NCBI RefSeq assembly: GCF_000010625.1
Contig: NC_010296.1
Location: forward strand, 2,640,001-2,672,000
Source of the DNA: Microcystis aeruginosa NIES-843
Lineage (GTDB): Bacteria > Cyanobacteriota > Cyanobacteriia > Cyanobacteriales > Microcystaceae
Length of the DNA stretch: 32,000 nt
Reading direction: 5' to 3'
Positions 25,914 through 32,000 of this stretch are shown here, in pieces (the first letter of the stretch is position 1; every line of letters begins with the position of its first letter). Below the pieces are notes generated by a model. That model was given only the letters and a program-made list of their open reading frames with translations. It did no database searches and was not told the origin of the DNA. Position numbers and translations under genes: made by a program.

Positions 25914-26393
25914 TTAATTGAGTATATCTTGAACCGTATCTTTCACATCTTCTACTGCATTGCGAACTTGGCTTTCGACTTGTTTAGCTTTTCCAGCAAC
26001 TTGATCTTGGCGGTTGCCAGTAGCTTTACCTATCGCTTCTTGAGCTTTGCCTTCAATGTTCTTTGTGACTGCTTTTGCCCGCCCTTTTAACTTCATCTGG
26101 TCTTTTATATCTTCTGCTGCGTTACGAGCCTGACTTTCGACTTGCTTGGCTTTTCCCATCATCTGATCTTTGGGATCGCCTGTCATGTTGCCAATCGCTT
26201 CTTGAGCTTTGCCTTCAATATTTTTCGTAACTGCCTTGGCTCGATTCATGCTTGCGATTTGAGTCTGCGATTGGGTGGGTAAAGTTGCAGCCCAACTATT
26301 TGTAGTTCCAAAATCAAAAGCTATAGTAATTGCCAGCATTATAGTTAAAATAATGGTGACAAAAAAGCGACGAATCTGTTGAAGTGACATCAT
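25914..26393 (-). CDS. signal-anchored protein with two tandem CsbD-like domains
   Basis: The pattern KAVTKNIEGKAQEAIG..TG....Q..GKAKQVESQ.RNA.EDVKD occurs twice, after a hydrophobic N-terminus. ATG 26393 (GGAG upstream) is preferred to the listed 26432. Confidence 0.8.
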   Translation of the reverse strand: MMSLQQIRRFFVTIILTIMLAITIAFDFGTTNSWAATLPTQSQTQIASMNRAKAVTKNIEGKAQEAIGNMTGDPKDQMMGKAKQVESQARNAAEDIKDQMKLKGRAKAVTKNIEGKAQEAIGKATGNRQDQVAGKAKQVESQVRNAVEDVKDTVQDILN

Positions 26394-26682
26394 TTTAACT
26401 CCAAAAAAGAATTTGATGAATCGATGATACATGGATGATGAACAACTACTGTCTAGACCCTTTCGAGAAAGATTTTTCTAGTCTTTGACGGCGTAAGTTT
26501 ACCGAGGGAGAGATCTTCGACTTCTTTGAGAAGCTAGATATCTGGTAATATTGGGTTTATTTACGCCGCCTTGTCCTAGTATTTCACCTGTCTCGAAAGA
26601 AGCCATTTTTTGAGGAAGAGTTCCGATGAAATCTGGGTTTCAATCATTTGTCTGAATGGCGGTTGCCGTGACAAATGACCTA

Positions 26683-26865
26683 CTAATCAATAATTTTTTT
26701 GACTTCATCTTTCACATCTTCGATAGTGTGACGAACTTTTGCCTCTGCCTGTTTTTCCTTGCCCTCTGCTTGAGCTTTGGAATCGCCAGTCAGATCTCCT
26801 ACTGCTTCTTGAACTTTACCTTCGATATTTTTGGCGGTTGCCTCGGTTCTATCTTTTAAGCTCAT
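26683..26865 (-). CDS. CsbD-family general stress protein, 60 aa
   Basis: AKNIEGKVQEAVGDLTGDSKAQAEGKEKQAEAKVRHTIEDVKDEVKK is a canonical CsbD repeat. AAGGAG lies upstream. Confidence 0.9.
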   Translation of the reverse strand: MSLKDRTEATAKNIEGKVQEAVGDLTGDSKAQAEGKEKQAEAKVRHTIEDVKDEVKKIID

Positions 26866-26923
26866 GATGCTCTCCTTATTGAATTTGTTGGATTTGAGAA
26901 CTGCTTACCTAAGTTGAGCTAAC

Positions 26924-27023
26924 AATTCTGCTTCTGGTATTACTGTAACGGGTGGTTGTTTGATTTACTGTATGAATTGATTGAGTCTGTATGAATTGCT
27001 TGAATACGACACAAAATGTAACG
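26924..27023 (-). promoter_or_regulatory. 100-bp conserved upstream element, copy 1 (59 nt upstream of csbD)
   Basis: It matches 31022-31121: the distal 63 nt are identical and the proximal 37 nt carry 6 mismatches. It contains the direct repeat CTGTATGAATTG twice (26968 and 26987). Minus-strand TTCATA-N17-TACAGT is a plausible -35/-10 pair. Confidence 0.45.
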
Positions 27024-27185
27024 ATACCGTTTCTGCAAGCACAGAAATTACGCATTGACAAAAAGGCTTAAATGTGGGTGGTCTAATTTTGTTAGTCTTA
27101 GATACAATTTCTCTCTCGACTCTTGACAAAACCCTCTCCGATTTGATTTCCTGACACAAGGGCATCTCTTATAACAGAACAACTG

Positions 27186-27748
27186 ATGAGAAACATTACG
27201 AAGCCAACAACTGCTCAATGTAATCTGGCTATTTACACCCTATTTTTGCTCGGCGAACCTAAATATATAAGCTGTGTTCGTTTGGCTCAAATTCTGGGCA
27301 ATTTATCTCATGACAGTGTCAATCGTTTCTTGTGGCGAGAGAACTATACACCCAAGGATTTGTTTGATGAAGTGGCTCCTCAAATCGAACTTGAAGGAGG
27401 AACAATCAGTACAGACGACATGGTAATTGACAAGCCTTATAGTCACCCAGCTAAAGCTGAGTTAATCGATTACTTTTACTGGTGGTAAACACAAAAAAGT
27501 AGTCAAAGGTATTAACGCAGTTACCTGATATTATACCGATTGTAAAGGAAGGTCAGTTCCCGTTAATTATCGAATCGTTAATAAACAGGAGGGTCAGACA
27601 AAACATGAATATTTCTTAGAAATGTTGGACGAAGTAAAAGCTTGGGGATTGAAACCAGAGACAGTCACAGGAGATAGTTGGTATGCTGCCAAAGAAACCA
27701 TGAATACCCTTAAAGACAAGGGCTTTCGGGGTTTGTTTGCTCCTCATC
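27186..27748 (+). pseudogene. DDE transposase (IS4/IS701-like) pseudogene: frameshift near 27480, in-frame TGA, then interrupted by the IS605-family element
   Basis: MRNITKPTTAQCNLAIYTLFLLGEP...DYFYWW* continues in another frame as GKHKKVVKGINAVT*YYTD...VTGDSWYAAKE...FAPH. The reading frame resumes after the insertion at 29072 (LNRLVSVELGTK*). Confidence 0.6.
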
Positions 27749-29071
27749 GAAAATTTGGGTCTGAAACCCCGTCGTTCTACGACGGCTTTACTGTTAAATA
27801 TGAGCATCGTTTACGAAATATATGCTAAAATGTGAGGTATGGAAAAAGCCTATTCGTTTCGATTTTACCCCACACCCGAACAAGAGTCGCTATTGCGGCG
27901 CACTTTGGGCTGTGTAAGATTAGTTTACAACAAAGCTCTCCATGTCAGAACACAAGCATGGTACGAAAGACAAGAAAGAGTAGGCTACGCTCAAACTTCT
28001 TCAATGCTAACCGATTGGAAAAAGCAAGAAGAATTAGACTTTCTCAATGAGGTAAGCTGTGTACCTTTACAACAAGGGTTAAGACATTTACAAACAGCTT
28101 TTACTAATTTCTTTGCTGGTCGTACTAAGTATCCCAACTTTAAGAAAAAACATCAAGGAGGAAGTGCCGAATTTACCAAATCAGCCTTTAAATTTAAAGA
28201 CAAACAAATCTATTTAGCCAAATGCACAGAACCTTTACCTATTCGATGGTCAAGAAAAATACCAGAAAGCTGTGAACCAAGCACAGTAACAGTCAGATTA
28301 CATCCCTCAGGACGTTGGCATATTTCAATAAGATTTGATGACCCAACGATTAAGCCATTACCAGTAACAGATAAAGCCATTGGAATTGACTTAGGAATTA
28401 GTAGCCTTGTCATTACCAGCGATGGTGACAAAGTATCTAATCCTGAGCATTTTAACAAGCATTATCGGAGACTGCGAAGAGCATCTAAAAGTCTTTCTCG
28501 AAAACAGAAAGGGTCAAAAAATCGGGAAAAAGCGAGAATCAAAGTAGCCAAGATTCACGCTCGAATCACCGATAACAGAAAAGACCATTTACACAAGCTA
28601 ACCACTCAATTAGTTCGTGAAAACCAAACGATTGTTGTTGAGAATTTAGCCGTCAAGAATATGGTCAAAAACCCGAAATTATCTCAGGCAATATCTGATG
28701 TAAGCTGGGGAGAAATCACCCGACAATTAGCCTATAAATGCCGTTGGTATGGGAGAAATTACATCGAAATAGATAGATGGTTTCCTAGCTCTAAAAGGTG
28801 TAGTAATTGCGGGTATATTGCCCTTGAAAATGCCGTTAAATGTTCGAGAATGGGACTGTCCAGACTGTGGAACACACCATGACCGAGATATTAACGCCAG
28901 TAAAAATATTTTGGCCGCAGGGCTTGCGGTGTCAGTCTGTAGAGCGACCATAAGACCAGAACAGAGTAAATCTGTTAAGGCAGGTGCGAAAAATCCTTCG
29001 GGAAAGAAGCAGAAACCCAAATCGTGAGGTTTGGGAATCGCCGTCCGTTTTACGGCGGCGAGGATGTCAAG
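27749..29071 (+). mobile_element. IS605-family, tnpB-only (IS1341-type) element, ~1.32 kb, with LE hairpin and RE
   Basis: The LE gaaaatttgggtctgaaaccccgtcgttctacgacggcttta has the hairpin ccgtcg/cgacgg. The RE is ggaatcgccgtccgttttacggcggcgaggatgtcaag. Removing 27749-29071 restores the DDE transposase frame. Confidence 0.75.
27839..29027 (+). pseudogene. tnpB: tnpB (RuvC-like RNA-guided nuclease family) with a +1 frameshift at ~28818-28826
   Basis: MEKAYSFRFYPTPEQESLLRRTLGCVRLVYNKAL.. is followed by IGIDLGI (RuvC-I) and VVENL (RuvC-II). The zinc finger CSNCG is followed by the frame change. CPDCG and [11 protein letters not shown] (RuvC-III) continue in listed ORF 28818-29027. Relative to the other copy there is one extra nt (attgcccttgaaaatg versus atcgttgagaaaatg). 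Confidence 0.85.
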
Positions 29072-29091
29072 TGAATCGGTTAGTCTCGGTT
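28900..29091 (+). ncRNA. candidate omega/reRNA of the tnpB element (scaffold over the tnpB 3' end and RE, plus ~20-nt flank-derived guide)
   Basis: The call is by position only. In characterised IS200/IS605 TnpB systems the guide RNA spans the 3' end of tnpB and the RE and reads into the flank (here tgaatcggttagtctcggtt). The conserved RE hairpin is present in 3 copies. The 5' boundary is a guess. Confidence 0.3.
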
Positions 29092-29102
29092 GAACTAGGA
29101 AC

Positions 29103-29342
29103 TAAATAGGGTTGGCGGCAAAAAGTTTGTTGGTGGGGTTAGGAGTCGGTCGCCGGTCGTCAGTAGCCGGTCGTTTCAGGCTTTGTTGCCCTCTTTTTTG
29201 TACCAGTTTATGTACTAAAAAAAGGATAATGCAAGGTTTTTGAAGGTCTTAATCCTATATTCGCAGCATGAACATCGGATTTTAACAGGTCAAAAGCCTT
29301 ATTTTAAAAGGGTTTTACCATTATTCAGCAAACCCCAGTTAG
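29103..29342. mobile_element. ~240-bp MITE, same family as 4041-4263
   Basis: The ends are CTAAATAGGGTTGGCGGCAAAAAG... and ...TTATTCAGCAAACCCCAGTTAG. An internal heptamer tract reads ggagtcggtcgccggtcgtcagtagccggtcg. It truncates the DDE transposase remnant. Confidence 0.6.
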
Positions 29343-29539
29343 AATTTCTCCGATTTAAAGCGCAAATTGTTAATTGGTATTCCTGACAAAGAGAGTTATT
29401 TACTGAGGTCATCCGCTCTTTTATTGTCAATAATTTAGCATCCAACTTCCTTGACCTCAATAACTTGGAAGCCATAGTCTGAAGTTCAAAGGCATACTAC
29501 GGAAATTCTGTCAATGCGTAAGTCCTAAAGCAATGATTA

Positions 29540-29563
29540 GACAAGGGGCTTAAGCCCCTTGTC
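29540..29563. repeat. perfect 24-bp palindrome GACAAGGGGCTTAAGCCCCTTGTC (possible bidirectional hairpin)
   Basis: Read directly. It lies about 290 bp downstream of the BON gene. Confidence 0.8.
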
Positions 29564-29629
29564 TTCAAGGTTAGTTACAGTTGCTATCTTCTGTTTACTT
29601 CTTTTTAGCTGGAGCTGCTGGCGCAACTT

Positions 29630-29750
29630 GGGAGCATCTCATTTATGCAAGTGAGTAATTATGCTTGTCGCTAAAACTTGCTTCTGGTAAGGCTTTCAAA
29701 ATAGCTTGACATAAAACTTAATTTAGGAGTTACAAAGGTGAGATGCTCAC
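29630..29750. mobile_element. 121-bp MITE (TIR GGGAGCATCTCA / TGAGATGCTCAC) with an 8-bp target duplication CGCAACTT
   Basis: CGCAACTT occurs at 29622-29629 and 29751-29758, flanking the inverted ends. Confidence 0.65.
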
Positions 29751-29847
29751 CGCAACTTTTGCGGCGTTGTCAGATTAGAATATGAAAGATGCAATGCAAT
29801 CCTTGCTATCAAAGTAATTTCAGTTCCAAGCTGATTCGGAGCATCTT

Positions 29848-30303
29848 TCAATTTGACAACGCCACTTTTGCTGTAACTTTGACACTATTGACACCCTTGA
29901 TTTGTTTTGCCAAGGGGTCAATTTTGTCGAGTTGCTCTTGAGTTTCTACGGTTCCAGAGACGACTACCGCTCCATCTTTAGCAGAAACTGTAAGTTGCCC
30001 TTTCGGGATGTTGGCTTCTAGCTTAGAGCGAACTTCACTGGAAAGGTCACTGTTGGCGCGATCCGCATCTCCTCCAGTTAGATTGTTGCGTTGCTCACGA
30101 GCGCGAATATCAGAATTGAGTTGATTTCGGCGCACTTGACTAGACGCATCGCTTTGGTTCTTTTGGACTGTTTTAGTATCAGGAACTTGCCCCGTTTCCT
30201 CTGTGGAAGAAGGGGCGTTGGTGCTAGTTTTAGCGTTGTTCTCACAAGCCACAGTTCCAATCAGTAGAAGGCTGCTGAGGATTAAAGTTGTGATCTTTTT
30301 CAT
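29848..30303 (-). CDS. BON-domain lipoprotein, 151 aa
   Basis: The signal with lipobox reads LLLIGTVAC. The C-terminal BON pattern reads LTVSAKDGAVVVSGTVETQEQLDKIDPLAKQIKGVNSVKV. Confidence 0.85.
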   Translation of the reverse strand: MKKITTLILSSLLLIGTVACENNAKTSTNAPSSTEETGQVPDTKTVQKNQSDASSQVRRNQLNSDIRAREQRNNLTGGDADRANSDLSSEVRSKLEANIPKGQLTVSAKDGAVVVSGTVETQEQLDKIDPLAKQIKGVNSVKVTAKVALSN

Positions 30304-30331
30304 GATGCAAATCCTTTAATAATTTCCGATT

Positions 30332-30934
30332 TTACAAACGAGAAGCAGGAGGATCGACATAGCCTTCAATTGCTAGGGCATTGTAAATTTCCCACTCGCG
30401 AATCCCTCGGCGCTTTAGAATTGTTTCAGCCTGAAGGATGTCAGCATCTGCACCGTCCACGATCAACAGGTAGTCTCCACGAACCACATAATCGTGATAG
30501 ACTCGTGCCCGATCTTCTGGAATTCCTAGACCAATTAGACCACCTACCAAACCTCCGGTAGCCGTCCCGATTGCACCGCCAGCTAACGTGGTAGCGATCG
30601 CAGTTGCAGCCGCCCCTGCCAACATGACGGGGCCCACTCCAGGAATTGCCAATATGCCCAACCCAACCAGCAAGCCTGTCAGTCCTCCGATGGCTCCGCC
30701 TGCAGCTGCCCCGGTCTTTGCTCCTTCGTCAATATGAGTTGTTTTTGTTTCGGTAAGCTCTTGAACTCGTGTCTCACCAATCCGGTTGCTCTGCTCCAGT
30801 CGTTCAGGCTCTTTGGCAATGATTGATACCTCATTCATGGCAAATCCGTCATCTCGTAATCCATTCAGTGCCTTCTCTGCCTCTTGATAGCTAGAGAAGA
30901 TTCCCACGGCTCGTTTACGGTTAGTTAAAGTCAT
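30332..30934 (-). CDS. general-stress protein with a YflT/GSP17M-like N-domain, a glycine-zipper membrane segment and a C-terminal repeat of the same fold
   Basis: AVGIFSSYQEAEKALNGLRDDGFAMNEVSIIAKE is followed by the Gly/Ala-rich GAAAGGAIGGLTGLLVGLGILAIPGVGP..., then IPEDRARVYHDYVVRGDYLLIV. ATG 30934 (GGAGGG upstream) is preferred to the listed TTG 30946. Confidence 0.7.
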   Translation of the reverse strand: MTLTNRKRAVGIFSSYQEAEKALNGLRDDGFAMNEVSIIAKEPERLEQSNRIGETRVQELTETKTTHIDEGAKTGAAAGGAIGGLTGLLVGLGILAIPGVGPVMLAGAAATAIATTLAGGAIGTATGGLVGGLIGLGIPEDRARVYHDYVVRGDYLLIVDGADADILQAETILKRRGIREWEIYNALAIEGYVDPPASRL

Positions 30935-31021
30935 TTTTCCCTCCAACGCTATGCGGTAAAAGCTTTGTAAATCCTATAGTATGGCGAACTATAGCGATTG
31001 AATTTCCTGATTCGAGTTGAT

Positions 31022-31121
31022 AATTCTGCTCTTGGCATTACTGTAACAGGCGGTTGCTTGATTTACTGTATGAATTGATTGAGTCTGTATGAATTGCTTG
31101 AATACGACACAAAATGTAACG
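31022..31121 (-). promoter_or_regulatory. 100-bp conserved upstream element, copy 2 (88 nt upstream of the preferred ATG 30934 of the YflT-like/BON operon; 76 nt from the listed TTG 30946)
   Basis: See 26924-27023. 31059-31121 is identical to 26961-27023. Confidence 0.45.
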
Positions 31122-31208
31122 GGCGATGCACTAGAACTACCTTTTTTTATTAATAAATAGCGCCGCCCTTAACAGACGGTAAGGCCACTCTTTTTGTCTC
31201 TGCTGCTC

Positions 31209-31538
31209 TTATTGCACTGCTAGAACAGAAATATGTCCGACCTCTTTTGTATCGCTACGAGGCCGGATGACGATCTCTACGTCTTGATTCAATGCCGTGA
31301 GAAATTCCATCAATCGTTCAACTGAAAATTGATCGAGCCGATAGTTTTTTAGTGCTGAAACCTTGGGCTGCGGGATATTAAGCAGTATGGCAATCTCCCT
31401 CTGTTTCAGCTTGCGACTTTTCAGAAGTTCGTTAACGGCCAGGGCTAGGCGTGTTTTCGTTTGCCGTTCGGTTGCGTCTGGATAACCAAGGTCAGCGAAA
31501 ACGTTTGTGGTGCCACGAGTAATTTCCAAATAGCTCAT
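31209..31538 (-). CDS. higA: HigA-type antitoxin (XRE-family HTH), 109 aa
   Basis: The HTH segment reads LKQREIAILLNIPQPKVSALKN. It lies downstream of the toxin gene and overlaps it by 4 bp (ATGA). Confidence 0.85.
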   Translation of the reverse strand: MSYLEITRGTTNVFADLGYPDATERQTKTRLALAVNELLKSRKLKQREIAILLNIPQPKVSALKNYRLDQFSVERLMEFLTALNQDVEIVIRPRSDTKEVGHISVLAVQ

Positions 31539-31894
31539 TTTGTCCCTCTACTTTCATAATCCGCTTGTGCGCGTTTCATCCGTTCAACAATAAGCTTTAC
31601 ATCCTCTTGAGGTGTCTTGATTCCAGACTTCGACTTTTTCTGGAATGCGTGCAGAACGTAAACAACTTCAGCGAAGCGCACAGTATAGACCGCTCGATAA
31701 GTGTCGCCTCGATGATCTTCGACGATCTCAAATACTCCTGCCCCTTCACCCTTCCAAGGTTTAGCCTTTGGATGTTTACCCCCCAACTGCGCTAGACCAA
31801 GGGCATAGCCCATATCGTCCTGCACCTCGGCAGGGAAAGTCAGGTAGTCCTTTTTCGCAGAGGCCACCCAATACAAGGGTTTTTCCCGCGACAT
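31535..31894 (-). CDS. higB: HigB-type toxin (RelE/ParE superfamily, phage Gp49-like), 119 aa
   Basis: WKGEGAGVFEIVEDHRGDTYRAVYTVRFAEVVYVLHAFQKKSKSGIKTP is a typical Gp49/HigB-like core. The order is toxin first. Confidence 0.85.
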   Translation of the reverse strand: MSREKPLYWVASAKKDYLTFPAEVQDDMGYALGLAQLGGKHPKAKPWKGEGAGVFEIVEDHRGDTYRAVYTVRFAEVVYVLHAFQKKSKSGIKTPQEDVKLIVERMKRAQADYESRGTK

Positions 31895-32000
31895 ACTTTT
31901 AGAAATTTATATCACTCAACAATATACCCAAACTGGAATAATCAGTCAAGGAATTAACAGAGCGGCGGTATCGCTTGAAGTTGCATTGCGGGGTCAATAT

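Noticed and set aside
26433-26682. Possible 35-codon minus-strand ORF (MASFETGEILGQGG...) between the two csbD genes
   Set aside because: It has no convincing RBS and no recognisable family, and it is too short to support from sequence alone.
26656-26859. 67-aa ORF antisense to csbD
   Set aside because: The csbD frame has a canonical family sequence and RBS. The antisense frame is Phe/Leu-rich nonsense.
26965-27165. 66-aa minus-strand ORF upstream of the DDE transposase
   Set aside because: It spans the conserved 100-bp upstream element and the IS end. It has no RBS and is more likely non-coding.
27616-28458. ORFs 27616-27807(-), 27832-28050(+) and 28210-28458(-)
   Set aside because: They overlap the transposase pseudogene, the IS605 LE or tnpB in other frames and are shadow ORFs. 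ORF 27622-27828(+) is the transposase frame reading through into the LE.
30078-30561. ORFs 30078-30260(-) and 30370-30561(+)
   Set aside because: They are alternative frames of the BON and YflT-like genes.
31565-31795. 76-aa ORF antisense to higB
   Set aside because: higB has a clear family match and a 4-bp coupling to higA.

Overview
The window looks cyanobacterial. HIP1 (GCGATCGC) sites are frequent, heptamer STRR-type tandem repeats occur, and MITE/IS debris is very dense. One product also matches the MAE_28990/MAE_18760 HEPN family name, so a Microcystis-like origin is inferred, not proven.

Layout:
(1) 1-16.7 kb is a decaying defence/mobilome island. It holds a translationally coupled DUF262 + HEPN gene pair, a MIF-type tautomerase gene split by a MITE, and a large single-chain nuclease-methylase-specificity (type IIG/ISP-like) RM gene. 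It also holds remnants of a C5-methyltransferase, a RelE-like toxin and a Phd/YefM antitoxin.
(2) Inside that island, a 2.15-kb block is present twice at about 99% identity (7559-9713 and 12034-14187). The block comprises the 5' end of the RM gene, a divergent promoter region, and the leader, metzincin and PPC domains of a large protease. Each copy continues into a different, internally near-identical array of seven FG-GAP-like repeats (7 x 156 bp versus 7 x 171 bp). One catalytic module is therefore joined to two alternative predicted 7-blade propellers. I consider this the most unusual structure in the window.
(3) 16.7-24.6 kb is core metabolism: ferredoxin-GOGAT, a SucD-like protein lacking the phosphohistidine, and cyanophycinase.
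(4) 24.8-31 kb is a general-stress cluster (lmo0937-like, CsbD x2, BON lipoprotein, YflT-like glycine-zipper protein). It is invaded by two IS605-family tnpB copies (both pseudogenes), a DDE transposase pseudogene and several MITEs. Two stress operons share a 100-bp upstream element.
(5) A HigB/HigA pair lies at the right edge.

No rRNA, tRNA or CRISPR array was recognised. All calls rest on reading the sequence and remembered family motifs; no database search was run.
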